From Octopus vulgaris (Eukaryota), in the NCBI GenBank assembly GCA_951406725.2, contig OX597832.1, forward strand, positions 32,054,001-32,118,000: a DNA stretch of 64,000 bases. Direction: 5' to 3'. Each line of letters begins with the position of its first letter. Within the stretch, counting starts at the first letter, position 1. Below the pieces are notes generated by a model. It ran no database searches. It worked only from the letters and a program-made list of their open reading frames with translations, and was not told where the DNA came from. A program made the position numbers and the translations under genes. Positions 44,231 through 60,093 of the stretch are shown here, one piece after another.

Positions 44231-44868
44231 CATACAAAATTAAATACCAGTCATATATTGAAGTAGACCCCTAATGAACCTGACATACACATCACCTCCA
44301 TTCATCTTATCTTCTATTCAAACGCGTCAAGTTTGTTCTGTATGTTTCAAGAGAAATTATTAATACACGTGAGAAACAACAGCCTGCACACTGTACCTGT
44401 ATTAGTAAACACTACCAAACACACAAACAAACCAAGGAATTCAGGAATTCTGTTATGCTTTCTTTTGTTTTGTAGGACGTTTAAAGATTTTTCTTCTACT
44501 TAAAACAGAGGGAAAAAAATACAAGAATTTATAGAGCTGTAATATTTATATTCTTACATTTAAAAATATTTACAAGAAAACAAAATGACTAAAAGTATAT
44601 AATTTCTTCTCTCTCACCCGTTTCTTCGATTATGGAATTTGAAAATGTCTACAGGGCAAACTGATTTGTAAGCGAAAAATCAAGTACAATGTTGAATAAA
44701 CAAATCTATGCATAACTATATACACACACGCACACACACAAACACACACTCACACACATATACATATGTGTATATAGATGTAAATATATAATATTTTATG
44801 AACATATATACAAAGCATTATATATACATATATACATACGTATATGTATATATAGATATATGTGCATA

Positions 44869-44936
<68 letters not shown>

Positions 44937-44977
44937 ACATATATACATATATATATGTATATATGTATGTATGTGTG

Positions 44978-45013
<36 letters not shown>

Positions 45014-45047
45014 TATATACATATATATATGTATGCGTATATATATG

Positions 45048-45080
<33 letters not shown>

Positions 45081-45119
45081 ATATATATGTATATATATAT
45101 ACATATATATATATGTATA

Positions 45120-45176
<57 letters not shown>

Positions 45177-48072
45177 GTGTGTATGTATGTACGAAGCATA
45201 ATTTTAACTAAAAAATCGGTATAAAATTATAGAAAACAAGTGATTTTTGCCCAAACTCTATTCTCCAGTAAGTAATTATTGGTGCACAAGCGAATAAATG
45301 AATGGCGCAAAATAATGTTCGTTCATTTCAATTGTTTAATTGTCGCTCTTTGTAAATATTTCTTTTCGTAACAACGAATACCCATGTATGTGTGTGTTTG
45401 TGTGTTAGTGTGTGCGTGGAGAGAGAGAAAGGAGAGAGAGAGAGAGAGAGAGAGGAGAAAGAGAAAGATAGAAAGAGAGATAGAGAGAGAGAGAAAGCGA
45501 GAGCGGTATGTGTTATATGTATGTGTGTAGGTGTTTTGTGTACCTGCACGCGTACAATGCAATCATTTCATAAATTCATTCCGCTTCGCTGTACTGGTTT
45601 ACTCATTGGAACTTGGTTGAATAAACATATTTTGAATAACCATGAGACGCTTTCAAACTCAATTCACGGCAGTTAGGATAGGACTTCTTTGTGGGTTTTT
45701 AACAGATCGTCATCAAGGCATGTTTCTTATCAAATATACTCTTGTATGCATGTATGTATGTATGTATGCATGCATGTATGTATGTACGTATGTATGAATG
45801 TATGTATGTATGTATGTATGTATGTACGTACGTACGCATGTATATATGTATGTATGTACGTACGCATGTATGTATGTATGTATGTATGTATGCATATATC
45901 AATGTATGTATGTGTATGTATGTATGTATGTATGTATGTATGTATGTATGTATGTATGTACGTATGTATGCATGTATGTATGTATGTATGTACACATGCA
46001 TACGTATGAGAGGTGAGTATATTTAATTAACCTGTTCCTTTCCTTAGCCTCTCAAATGGTTAAATAACTCTTGTGGGCTGACATGTACCATGGTGTTACT
46101 GTTTGTCTTAGAAGCTTACATATTTATCCATTAACGAAGAGACGTAGATATCTTGTTCATTGTCCCATAATTTAGTCCTGCAGCAAATACTGTATGTGAT
46201 AGACGAGAGAGAGAGAGAGCTAGGTGCTCGGCATTCTACGGCTGTTCATTTCCAGCTGAGTAAACAGAAGCAATATGAAAGAAAGTGTCATGCTCAAGGA
46301 CATAATTTGTCGGCCAGTTCAGAATGGTTTTAATTACCCTGACCATTAGGTCACTCCCCATTAATCGCGATACACTTAATGTATATTTTAACCGCATCAG
46401 TGTTAATTCCGGAAGTGTTTGTATCGGTTCCTCCTTTAATTCAGGTTCTACTTACAGCATCGTAAAATAAGTTTTTTTTTTATTTAAAACAGACTTAACC
46501 ATGATTATACGAAGCGTGGTTGCCAATATTGGATCGATCCTCTTCCTTGCAGCTTGACAAAAGAATATTTCCAATAGAAATGGGACATCAATCATCGATA
46601 AATTCCAGAGTGTGTTGCAATTATACATTTCCCTACATATCGATTTGGGATTCAAAAAGTGCCACATTGAAATGGGCTTTTTTTTTTACGTCTTTAATAT
46701 TTAAAATATATTTTGTATCTCTATTAACATTCTTTGAACATTCGATAATCAAAAATATTGTTCTGTATAAAATTTCGCCGCAGATGTATTTCCACCAACG
46801 AACAAGCGATATGCTCTCTAAAAGGAAATAAGATTCCAAGCATTTCAGGGCAGCGTGATATTTTTGTTAAATAAGATTTTAGTTTCCAATAATAATGATA
46901 ATTGTCTTTCATTAATCAAACGATTTGTATGAATCCATTATCAATTGCATTAATTACATTAACTGCATTAATCAAGTAATTAAGAACTGCCCTAGCAGTT
47001 AAATAAAGAGTCCATACCCTACAAACGATTAAATGGTCTCCCTAGCCTGTCAATTGGGAGAGATTGAAGAGATCTGTGTTAAGTAACATACTTTCTTTCG
47101 CCACAGCACATTTCCCAGATCGAAAAAATAAACTTTAGTTGAATTTCCTAAAACAAACCGAAAATAAATATCTAGAAAACACAGTATGATTGTAAAATCA
47201 TGCATATTCAAATATTAATGCAGGGACGAAAACATTGATGGATTCTACGCAAGTAGGTGAAAGCGCGTGGTCGAATGTTTAGGATGTTTCTTGCAGAACG
47301 TTTTGTTGTAAAGTAAAATATTTCTTTTCACGTTGCTCCAGGCCACTAGCAAATGAGTAACCCTTCCACTCTCCGGCGTCCCGTTCAAGGTTACTGTTGT
47401 GATCGCAGATATTTATACGACATGGACACTGAGTAAGCGGGTCCTATGTACCTTAGAAGTCGAGGCAGTACTTGATATGCGAGGAGAAAGATATGTGTGC
47501 CAGTACATCAGCAATTTTCCGTATCCTTGATTTCAAAGCCGTGACGGATAAACCGTTTCGCCGGACCATCTGTGGTCATGCATTAATAATATTTCATCAA
47601 CGCACCTGTAACCTACAAACTTTGCAACTCCCTTGCATCTTATGTACCGTAACATAATACAGTGTACATAGTGAAACACTGTGGTCTATTTTTATCAATA
47701 GAACTTATTTATCTTGGGTCAGTGTGGGTTAGAGTTTACATCTGACACTACAGTTGATGCTCTCCGTTCCCTTGTAGTAAATAAAGCCTTAGGTATAGCT
47801 TAGAAAAACTTTAGAAGTTAAATAAGCAGAGAATCTCTAAAAATGCTGGTATCGTAAAATACACATATAACCACACGGTACGCAGTGCGCAAACAATGGC
47901 TCTGTGGTTCTGCAGTGAACTAGACTGGTGGCCAGTTCAGTAAGCTTCCTCCTTAATTTATCCGCATTAAAAGAGGCGGAGCGTTTTTTGTCACATAGGT
48001 GTGCCCCTGTGTGTGTATATATATATATACACATACACACACATTATATAGATACATACATATATATGTATA

Positions 48073-48250
48073 ACCACATTGTTCCGGGTTCAATCTCACT
48101 GCGTGGCACTTTTGGCAAGAATCTTCTACTATAGTCTAGGGCCGACAAAAGCCTTGTGAGTGGATTTGGTAGTGGGAAGCAGTAATCTATTAATACATCA
48201 AGAAAATGCTACCGAAACAGCTGTCGTGAACTCTTAAATCCCATCTGTGT
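48073..48250 (+). mobile_element. SINE body fragment joined to an HHR 3' half (GAAAC-AGCT-GTC)
   Basis: SINE motif 48073-48175; gaaacagctgtc at 48214-48225. Confidence 0.6.
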
Positions 48251-48284
48251 TCTCTTTCCTACGTACACCACAGAGAACCAGGCG

Positions 48285-48337
<53 letters not shown>

Positions 48338-48953
48338 GTATATGTGTATATATATATATTTTTATATGCAACTACACACATACACACGCACACGCGCGTA
48401 TATATGTTAGTGTGTGTCTGTGTGTGTGTATGCATGCATTATTTTGCAAATAAATCTTCTCAATTCGATGCTTTGAATCTACCGATGATCTTCTTAACCA
48501 TTTCAAAAATAAGATGAATGATAAATAATTTAGTCTACGAAAATATGAGCGAATTTCAAATATAACGAATAAGGAATAGAAATATAAAGTTAAGTTAGAA
48601 TGTTTTATAAATGAAAAGTGTTATTCCGTATCAGAAGGAACCCAAATAAATATTTCACTAATAATACAAGATTAATTAAATGATTATTTTAAATTTGATT
48701 AAAAATGAATTTAGAAACATATAAGATTCATATAATCTCTATGTCAGTGAATTATTTTCATGTTGAAGTAAGAAGTATATTTAATTATTGCAGTGGTAGT
48801 CATTAGCGCGATGCTCTCCTTCTCTCTCTCTATAAATATCACGCATACGTTTAATTGCATTGATAACCATCGAACTTCCATGGTGTAAAGCGTAACACCT
48901 ACGTTTCTTTTCTTTTAAGATAAATTTATTTGCTTCAATATTAATTTTAAACC

Positions 48954-49570
48954 AAGGCGGCGAACTGGCAGAAACGTTAGCACGCCGGGCGAAATGCGTA
49001 GCCGTATTTCGTCTGCGTTACGTTCTGATTGAAATCCGGTCGACTTTGGCTTTCATACTTTCGGGGTCGATAAATTAAGTACCAGTTATGCACTGGAGTC
49101 GATGTAATCAACTTAATCTCTTTGACTGTCCTTGTTTAGCCCTCTGTAGGCAATAGAGAAATATATATTTATTCTAAACCAAGGCAGCGAGCGCACAGAA
49201 ACGTTAGCTCGCCGGGCGAAATGCTTAGCGTTATTTCGTCTGTCTTTACGCTGAGTTCAAATTCCGCCGACTTTGCTTTTCATAATTTCGGGGTCGATTG
49301 GCCCCCTCCTCGAACATTTCGGGAATTGTGCTTAGAGTAGAAAAAAATATTTATTCTAAACCTGCGAGCTAGCAAAATCATGAACACGCCGAATAAAACG
49401 CTTCGTGGCATTTCGTTCGTCTTTTCGCTCTGAGTTTGAATTCCGACGTGGTCGTCTTTGCTTTTCATGTTTTAGGGATCAATAACATAATTTACATGTA
49501 GAGCGCTGAAGTCTATGTGATCAACTAGGGCCCTTCCATCAAAGTGATGCCCTCCCAAAATTTGAAATCA
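48954..49570 (+). mobile_element. Three tandem copies of one SINE family
   Basis: Heads at about 48954, 49181 and 49360 (aaggcggcga.ctggcagaa.cgttagcacgccgggcgaaatg), each preceded by a similar attctaaacc/ttttaaacc. Confidence 0.85.
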
Positions 49571-49574
49571 CTAT

Positions 49575-49637
<63 letters not shown>

Positions 49638-49802
49638 AGAAGGTGAATGAATTATCCTAGTATGGATAATTCGGTTAACCGATACCTGGGTAGCAAATTC
49701 ACGTCAGAAAACACGGTTGAAGCTATATGCCAAGGGCAGGGATCCCGTGGGGCAGTCATCTAAAAGTTTTTGCTCTTCATGGTGCTGACATAAGTTCCTT
49801 GT

Positions 49803-49885
49803 CTTTCCTGGTGAGATGGCGGCATAATGCACCCTTTATTCCTTCGGAATTAGGAATATTCAGCCTTCGAAACATGAGTCGAGAG
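49803..49885 (+). ncRNA. Type I hammerhead motif (A6G core variant) in a ~300-bp insert (49635-49930) between (TA)n
   Basis: Stem I ctttc/gagag; CTGGTGA 49808-49814; stem II gatggc/gccttc with inner tattcct/aggaata; GAAAC-ATGA-GTC at 49869-49880. Confidence 0.65.
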
Positions 49886-50992
49886 TAAAGGAATTTTGTT
49901 AAAATCGTCGTTCGACTCCATTCTTTCATTTATATATATATATATAAGTTAAAGCACGTGGAATAATTCGCTTGGGAAAGATTGAGCATGAACACAGGTG
50001 TACATACTCACTAAGTTTTAACGTTCTACCGCAATTCCCCTGTTTACAGCAGTGCTTGGAAGGAAGGTCTATAGCGTGTGATCATCGCACCCTTAATGGA
50101 TCAATTATTTTGACACGGCGTTTCAGTAATTAAGGACTGAAGTGAACGTAACTAATCTGCACATCCTCAGATAAATCACGGATGGCGATCCCCCCCCCCC
50201 GCCATAGTTGCACACGCATCTGTTTTTCTCAGTTTTGCTGGTTGCGAGTCTCACAGAACGTTCGTGAAAATCGAACACAAACACACACACGCCCACACAC
50301 ACGTACACACAATCACACACAAAGATATAAGTATGTATATATCCAGTTTGAAACGGATATTAATTCTAAACTTCAGGCTACGGGCTGGCAGAGTCATTAG
50401 CAGGCTGTGCCAAATGCTTTTGCGGCATTTCTACTGCCTTTACGTTTTGAGTTCAAATACTCTCGATTGTCCCCTTTGAGTTCGGTAAAATAAGCACCTG
50501 TTGAGCATTGGTGTCGAAAAAATCGACTACGCCCCTTACCCAGAATGTCAGGTTTTATGCCTATGGCAGAAAGCATCTTCATTCCACACTTTCTAATTTG
50601 GAGTTGAATTAGCCGTGAATTAATGAATCTTAAAAATGCGTTGTACCTCAACAAATAAAAACGCAGCTTTATATGCACTTACACACACACACACACAAAC
50701 ACACACACAGATACACACACGCACACCCACACCCACAAACTCACGCGCACACACACGTTCATACCCGCACACACACGTTCATACCCGCACCCACAAACAT
50801 ATATACTATACACGTATATAAAATGCGTGTATATATGCTATATATATGTAAATTATCAGTTATATATGAATGTATATATCTCCTCATTTTGATTATAATC
50901 GCCCCATTTAATTTATATGGATAATACCATACCAAATTCTGGTGCCTTTAACGTAAGTACCATATTCATCTGGATCTAAATTTTGCTGAACG

Positions 50993-51024
<32 letters not shown>

Positions 51025-52002
51025 TTGCGAAATAGAGTGGTTGGAATTTAGTGTGGACAAAAGCCGAACGGATTTCTTCGCCAATGTCTCTGTATGTCTA
51101 ATAACACTATTCAATGCATTTCGTCCTTTCAAAGAATTTTCACATTACTACGATGTCGCTGGTGTTTATATTTACATCGGAGAGACCGATGATAAAGTAT
51201 ATTTCTGTTATGACGATCCAGTTTAATTATTCATCAAGAAGTGTGTATGGAAAACTTTATGAAGCTACGAGTATTGTTTAAATATAGATGAGGGAGAACA
51301 GAACAGCTGTCTTCTCTACGAAGTTGAAATACCATTTCAGTTGGAATCAACGCAATTTCTAATTGCTTTTAATGTACGCCTGACCTTTAAGAAACCTTCA
51401 GGTTTGTCAATTGTATAACGTTAATAGTTGTATTAAGGATTCCTTATTAATAATTTGTAAAGCAACCTTCAAGGGTTTCCCTAATACTTCGTCACACACC
51501 GACGATCGCTATCAGATGACATTTTCTGTAAAGATCAATAGCAGCGTGCGATAATTGGTTGCATTTGACATCAAGAGTTAAGGATGACAACGGAGAGAGG
51601 CGAGTGATATATACACAAAATGTAGAGAAAGAGGAAGAGAGAGGGAGACAAGTAGCGACGAAAAGAGAAGGATGATTAGTAAGTTTAGGAAAGAGGGAGA
51701 GAGAGAGAGAAAAGGAGAAAAATTTATATGAGGTGAGCTACTTCATATGTCGAACAATCGTAGTTTGAAATTGACAGTTATGACTCAAAAATGTTACATC
51801 CTCCACACAGTAAGTAAATTATTTCCATAATATTGCTTTGTATACCATTAGGATTGCTACAATAGCCTTAGACAGGCCAAGTGGGAAAGTGACACCGAGT
51901 ATTTCAGAGTAATGAAGAACATAAGTGAAAAGATGAAATGTATGTAACACAAAGAGAGGAAAAAGCGACCTTTGTTATGTGCATATATATATATATATAT
52001 AT

Positions 52003-52415
<413 letters not shown>

Positions 52416-52434
52416 ACGTGCATGCGTGTGTGTG

Positions 52435-52800
52435 TTGGAAAGAAGAGTTAAAACTCTCCAAACCAACATACCTCTCACTGTATGTAAACACGTCCTGTGA
52501 ATGTAGCAATTATACGAAAGAACAGTTCCGCCCATTTGTAAAACTGCAAATCGAAGAGTAGATATCTCAGTAAAATGTACTTTACAGAACAAGCCAAGCT
52601 GATGAGATTTAAGTGTCATTTCGGCCCAGAAAGCGAAATCAATTGATACTGGGGTATCTACACTTCTCTTTGTGGTGTTACAAGTGGACTGGACTGTTTT
52701 TTAGTATATTTTGCTACATTCCACGTACGTGTCTACATATAAGTGAGAGATGCGTTCTTTGCAGTGTTTTAACTCTGCATATCGTATCCTGACTTTTAAT
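52435..52800 (+). mobile_element. Penelope-like 3' remnant (possible GIY-YIG C-terminus + HHR)
   Basis: LYVNTSCECSNYTKEQFRPFVKL resembles PLE endonuclease C-termini (S.HI..C......F.IFPFYK); HHR directly downstream. Confidence 0.5.
52594..52653 (+). ncRNA. Type I hammerhead motif, intact core
   Basis: Stem I ccaag/ctggg (4 of 5 pairs); CTGATGA 52599-52605; stem II gattt/aaagc (4 of 5); GAAA 52635-52638; palindromic stem III atcaattgat; AUA triplet. Confidence 0.7.
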
Positions 52801-52943
52801 TAGATATCGCTTGACTATTTTGGCTACGTTTGCTGGCGACGTAATCATTATTTTTTGAAAGATAATAGCTTATTTGAATTTTGTAAATATATATATATAA
52901 ACATACACACACACACACACACACATACACACACACACACACG

Positions 52944-52974
<31 letters not shown>

Positions 52975-53014
52975 CGGCTATCTGCTTCCGTCTATCAAAT
53001 ATATATGTGTGTGC

Positions 53015-53057
<43 letters not shown>

Positions 53058-53064
53058 TATGTGA

Positions 53065-53290
53065 GTGTCTGTGATTGTGTTTGTCCCCCACCAGTACTTG
53101 ACAACTGTTAGAGGCATGTTTACCTCCCCTTAAATTAGCGGCTCGTTAATACAGTTTGAAAGAATTAGTAGTAAACTTAAAGAAAAACATGAAGACTTAG
53201 CGTCTATCTGTTCGGCTAAAACCCATCAAGCTGGTGCCCCAGCATGACCGTAGTAAAATGATGAAGCATATAAAAGATAAAAGATAAAAT
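53065..53290 (+). mobile_element. SINE 3' part with LINE-type tail
   Basis: tttgtcccc...cttgacaac...ggtgccccagcatg. Confidence 0.7.
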
Positions 53291-53297
53291 ATATATA

Positions 53298-53370
53298 TTC
53301 AATTAAATCGAGCTGCTTGAAACGGTCGTACTGTATTACTACTTGATATCCTGTTGCTTATTTCGATTAC
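53298..53370 (+). mobile_element. Second copy of the HHR-3'-half repeat (GAAAC-GGTC-GTA)
   Basis: Homologous to the reverse complement of 16883-16955. Confidence 0.6.
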
Positions 53371-53454
53371 ATATATATATATATATATATGAGTGTGTGT
53401 GTGTGTGTACATATATGTATATATACACACACATGCTCATATATTATATACGAG

Positions 53455-53717
53455 GTCTGATCTTTTGCAGAACCGGTAAGTTACGAGGACGTAAACACAC
53501 CAGCATCGGTTGTCAATACAGACACAGAAACATATACAGACAGATACATATATACGACGGGCTTCTTTCAGTTTCCTCTAACAAATCCGCTCACAAGGCT
53601 TTGGTCGGCCCGAGGCTATAGCAGAAGACACTTGCCCAAGTTGACACAAAGTGGGACTGAACCCGGAACCATGTGGTTGGTAAACAAGCTACTTACCATA
53701 CAGCCACTCCTACGCCT
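53455..53717 (-). mobile_element. tRNA-derived SINE with internal microsatellite
   Basis: Same head/body/linker/tail order as 146-500. Confidence 0.85.
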
Positions 53718-54437
53718 ATGTATATATGTATACATATTATTTATAAAATATGGGTCTGTATATATAAAAATATATATGTATGTATGCATGTATGTATGTA
53801 CGTCATACGACATACATACACATATACAGCAAGCGTTTTATTGAGTTTTTGTATGAATACAAACAGACGCAAAAACTCACCAGGCACACGTATATACACA
53901 CTCGCATGTACCTATACAAAATGCAATGTTACTCAGATATACAAAAGATACCAGATATGTACGCAATTCTAAGCAAGATCATTCCAATGAAATCATTATG
54001 TCTTAATTAATTTTCAAATTTCTTGAAAACGTTCTATAATCTTTGATAAGAAAGCGACTGTACGATGCCATAATGGTATATTAGCAAACCCAGCGGGATT
54101 GCATTCATTCTGTATTCTAAAGAATTTCTATTATCCGTTTTCCTACACACGGCAGATGCAATCTCCACATTACGTTTTCAAATAGATTCGATGTAATTTT
54201 TCCTTACTTTGGTTCATTAATTTCTAATGTTCCTCTTCTTATACACACACACACATAGTACATACATAAATACATACATACAAACATACATACGTACATA
54301 CATGTGTGCATATATGTGTGTATTCGTAGATTGATACACTCAATTTTGTATGATTTACACAGAGAAACACAAAGGTATTGACACACGCAGACATATGAAT
54401 GAACACATTTCAAGATACTTATCTATATACACACATG

Positions 54438-54479
<42 letters not shown>

Positions 54480-54533
54480 ACACACATAGGTTCATATGTA
54501 CAGAGATATAGTGCAAATACGCATACATGCATA

Positions 54534-54577
<44 letters not shown>

Positions 54578-54621
54578 TAAATACGTACATATATACATAC
54601 ACACATACATACATACATACA

Positions 54622-54657
<36 letters not shown>

Positions 54658-54909
54658 TCTATATATATATGATAGATACTTATATACAGATACATATATA
54701 TTCATACTCGCTTGTATGTGTACGTTTGTGTGTGTATATACAGGGATGTGTTTGTAGTTGTACATGGGTACGTGTGTATATATACGCATGTATGTATGTA
54801 TGTATATCTACATGTATAATGATAACCATATGTGAATATACATTTGTCTATGTATCTATGTTAGTATTCACAAATTCATGTATAGGCACACACACACACA
54901 TATATATAT

Positions 54910-54968
<59 letters not shown>

Positions 54969-54991
54969 AACATATATATACATATACATAA

Positions 54992-55065
<74 letters not shown>

Positions 55066-55743
55066 CTCTGTGTGTGTACATATATATGTATGCGTATGCA
55101 TATGCATGCAATATTTAGAGTATTTTGACAAATGTTATGAGAAATTTCTGTTTTCAAAATCCTAGCAGAACAAATAATATATTAATCTTCTGCTCAACGA
55201 GAACAAAATTATAGTAATTAGAGGATGTTGGGGAGGAAATACATAAAATATAGTTATCTCGGAATGTGGCACGAAATTTTGTCTTTTGAGCAATTAAACG
55301 TCAGCGAAACACACACTGACACACGCGTACACCCACACACACTCACATATAATGAAATCGCCTTTTCTATTGACTACTTTTTGATTTCTATTTACAAGAA
55401 CGAGAAGCCTTGCAGGGATGTTTGTTTTTTCCTTCTATTTATAAAATAATTGAGCCAAGTTTCATATTTTTCTAATATTAAATTTAATCTCAGCTTCAGC
55501 GCTTCTTCCTTCTAATGTTGCAGGCAGGTGTGACATTTCGTGTCATGTTCGGTGCCAAGTGTTTCAGAGAGTTTACTTGCTATAATATAAACTTATTATA
55601 TATTCGATAACATCTTATAAATATAGAAATTATAAGTAGATAAAAATATTTGGCTATAAATGAAAGACTTCCATTGTTCATCGGAAATATGTTAGAAGAG
55701 TTTTACGAATAGGTTTGTATATTGATTTACTACAAACTTCTAT

Positions 55744-56000
55744 GTGGAGGCGCGTGGCTTAGTGGTTAGGGTGTCAGCATCATGATCGTAAGATTGTGGT
55801 TTCGATTCCTGGACAGGGCGACGCGTTGTGTTCTTGAGCAAAACACTTAATTTCACGTTGCTCCAGTCCACTCAGCTGGCAAACATGAGTAACGCTGCGA
55901 TGGACTGGCGTTCCGTCCAGATGGGGAGCGCATACCCCATTGAAACCGGGAAACTGGACCCATGAGCCTGGTTAGGCTTTAAAAGGGCGCATTTATTTAT
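55744..56000 (+). mobile_element. Full-length tRNA-derived SINE with V-domain-like core
   Basis: A/B boxes; ctgcgatggactggcgttccgtccag resembles the V-SINE domain; degraded relative at 47258-47460. Confidence 0.8.
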
Positions 56001-56279
56001 TATAATACAAACTTCTGTGGTTGTGGCTTTCGAGGAGGCGCGTTACAGATTGTGCGTGGTTGGATGATATTACGGATGTTGCGGGAGATTTGCGTTTCCT
56101 AAATTCTTTGCTGCGTCAAACAGACACCGAGTTCGCACCTTTATTCTTTCATTTATTTGTTTATATTTTCAAAGTATTTCTGATCATATACACCGGTTGG
56201 TGGCTATCAAAGTGTCGTAATTGCTCTGTGGTTGGCAATTACATAAAAAAATTAGCTCGACGCCTTTTTGCTGCGCACG

Positions 56280-56333
<54 letters not shown>

Positions 56334-56679
56334 GACCAAGATCAAAATACTTTGCGGTAATTCATCTCAACAAGAATAGTCTCTATGTTGAGGCATGATT
56401 CATAGTCAAAACTTGTCCATTTGCTTGGAACTAGTGAGAACGCGACAATTGCAGTCTGTTGACGATCTAAACGTAACTTTATTACGACACAGTCTCGTTT
56501 CAGAGTTCGAATACAAATAGCGCCACATAATTTGTGTTTCATTCAAGAGTCATTTTAAGAGCCATTCCCTGCGCGACCATGGGTCAACGATGTCTTTTAT
56601 TTTCGCGACTTGCAATCTCTTAACAAACTCCTTTTATGATCTACACTATTGCTATATATTTATTAACACTGATGCTTGT

Positions 56680-56910
<231 letters not shown>

Positions 56911-57899
56911 CTTGTCTCAAGTATCATACATAATTCTTTGGAATGTGACTATGCCGTAAATTTCGATTAGGTTCTGTGAAAGTTTCGCTCGCTTCACAAA
57001 TCGTGATTTAATGTATGTAAGAGGTCAAAGTAGGAGTGCAGGAGAGAAGTTAGTCTTAATCAGAGCAATAATATGTCTTATAACGGTAGACACAGCATAC
57101 CAACTGTAGGGCAGAGATGCATAGATAGAAATGGAATGAGAAAGAGAGGAAGAGAGATGCAAAGAGGGAGAAAGAAAGACGAAGCGAGATACGGAGAGAA
57201 AGAGAGAGATCTGATAGAGATTGAGGAAGATCGGCGAAAAGACGGAAGTGGGAGAGGAAGAAGAGCGGAGAGAAAGCCAGGAGAGCCACTGGAAAACTCT
57301 CAATGTATTATTCATGATGTGTACACGACAAGCGCCTAAGTCGCCTTATAAATCATTAGTGTATTAAATGCAATTTGCTCACCTCCGCTTACACTTATAC
57401 ATCACCACACTCATGTACACATTCACACTCGCCCACGCACGTACAAATATGCATATGCTCACACATATATATCTGTACACACACACACACACACACACAC
57501 GTGCACTTATAGATGCAGCTCACATGCAATAATTCAAATCAGAATTTAAGAGGATCTGCTTCCCCAAATACCTGATGTCGCCATAAAAACATGGCTACAC
57601 ATTTAAAAGTAAATCACATCGTAGATTCTCCGCCATTTTGTATCTGCTTCATTTCAACAGTTACTACACAACACAAACTCCGGTACTTCCTTTACGTTTT
57701 CATTTCATTCTTTTTTTTTCGTTTATTACATCAAACTGAACTCTTCGGACACATTATATATAGCATAAATAAAATGGGGGAAAGCACCGACCATAGAATT
57801 ATTATCGTATTTCTTTGTGCATTGCAATTTATATGATTTGCATTTTATAATAAAATGCACATCGTTAAAATTGATGTTCCAGCAAGAAAAAGAAAGCAA

Positions 57900-57937
<38 letters not shown>

Positions 57938-58354
57938 AATGTCTAACAGAAATATTCGCTGCTGTAACCTCTGTCATTACTATTCTATTTTCTAGGTCTT
58001 GGAGTGAATGCCACTCAACATTAAACAACATACCATTTGCTAAATCAATATTATCATATTTAGGTTAGAGATTTTATAACAAGGAGTTTGGCTTAGGAAA
58101 GAGAAAAAAACAACGAGTGGGTAATATATAACCAGTACAGGTATATCTTGTAGCACGTTGTTATTTTGATATTCTGGGTATAGAAAAAGGCTTTCGTTTG
58201 AATGAATGTAGCTACCAATAATTATATTTAAACTGGAAAGAGATATTCATGTTCATTCTGAAATATCTCTTCTGTGTACACAATTTACTAAAGAAAACAT
58301 GTATGTATGTGTGTGTGTATGTATGTATGAATGTATGTATGTATGTATGTATGT

Positions 58355-58845
58355 ATGGTGAATAAGGGAGTTTGATGTCGCTACCCTCGGGGTACACGGG
58401 GTAGATTCATCTGGAACTATCGACAGAAAGAGGTCCAGTTTTGACTTGAAAACACCTACATCCACTTTGTGTAGGTCCTTCAGGCTCTTTGGGAAAATAT
58501 TATAAAGCTGTGGGCCGCTGAAACCCAGGCTGTTGCAGAAGCTGGTTTTGAAGCGCGATGGCATTGCTGGGATCTTTGGCACTGTGCAGTATCGACCCGT
58601 TCTGGCATTAGTGTAGCTTAAAAATGCCAAAATTTGACATAATTCCTTCCAGGATCTTCCAGATGTATATTACTGCATACCTCTTCAGCCTTCGCTCCAG
58701 GAAGAAGAATTTTAGATGTTTCAACCGTTCTCAGTTGCTGAGCTCTTGCAATGAGGCGATTATTTTTGTGAAGCTTCGCTGCATTGCTTCAAGGACCGCT
58801 GTTAATTTTACACGGTTGAGTGACCTTAGCTGAGAGGAGTAATGA
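58355..58845 (-). mobile_element. Degraded copy of the CR1/L2-group LINE 3' region
   Basis: NARTGRYCTVP..SRFKTSFCNSLGFSGPQLYNIFPK..KLDLFLSIVPDE aligns with the C-terminus of the 8596 ORF. Confidence 0.9.
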
Positions 58846-59036
58846 TAAACTTTCTAGAAGTTTATCATTTAAATATATATGAGCATGTCTAGATATGTAG
58901 CTATATGCATGAGAATACATACATAAAACAAAACATACAAATCTGCACACATACATACATACATACATACATACAAATAGACATATACAGAGATAAAAAT
59001 ATGTTTATGGGTATATATATACATATTTTTGTTCCT

Positions 59037-59138
<102 letters not shown>

Positions 59139-59143
59139 CTCTC

Positions 59144-59192
<49 letters not shown>

Positions 59193-59696
59193 ATATCTAT
59201 CTATATATCTATCTATCTATATATATATATATATACACACATATATATATATATACACACGCATACACATGCACACACACACACACATACGAATATTTAT
59301 ATATATATATATACATACATACATATACGCGCAAACACATACACGTACACAAAAAGGATTTAGTTACGAAAGAATGATGTAAATCCGGGCCATTCCGATC
59401 AATATTATCGTAGTGAATGCCATTACCCAGGCATCTTCCCGACTCCCACCTCAACTCCCATCTCTACAATCACAGGACAACGTAAACAATTTCCCGGACC
59501 ACCCATACAATTACCACCAGGCACACAGTTGTGCTGGTCATAATATACGATGCATCTATAGCTATATCTTTTTAATATGCAAACATCACTGAATTATCCG
59601 CACCGCCTCCAGATGATGGTTTGTGGACAGATTGTCTAAATCTTCCTGAGAGCGTTTACAACTGCTCTATTTGTACTTAGCAATACCTACTGACGT

Positions 59697-59771
<75 letters not shown>

Positions 59772-59825
59772 TATAATAACTTACATAAGACATCCCCCAC
59801 CACATATGTATGCACGTGTACCATC

Positions 59826-59907
<82 letters not shown>

Positions 59908-60001
59908 TTGTCTGTCTGTCTATCTTTCTGTCTGTCTGTCTTTCAATCTATCTATCTATCTACTTATCTATCTACCTATCTATCTATCCGTTATGTGTAT
60001 G

Positions 60002-60037
<36 letters not shown>

Positions 60038-60044
60038 TGCACAT

Positions 60045-60093
<49 letters not shown>

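Noticed and set aside
51041-51226. GVYIYIGET as a GIY-YIG nuclease
   Set aside because: Motif spacing is collapsed and there is no downstream Arg/Glu context; too weak
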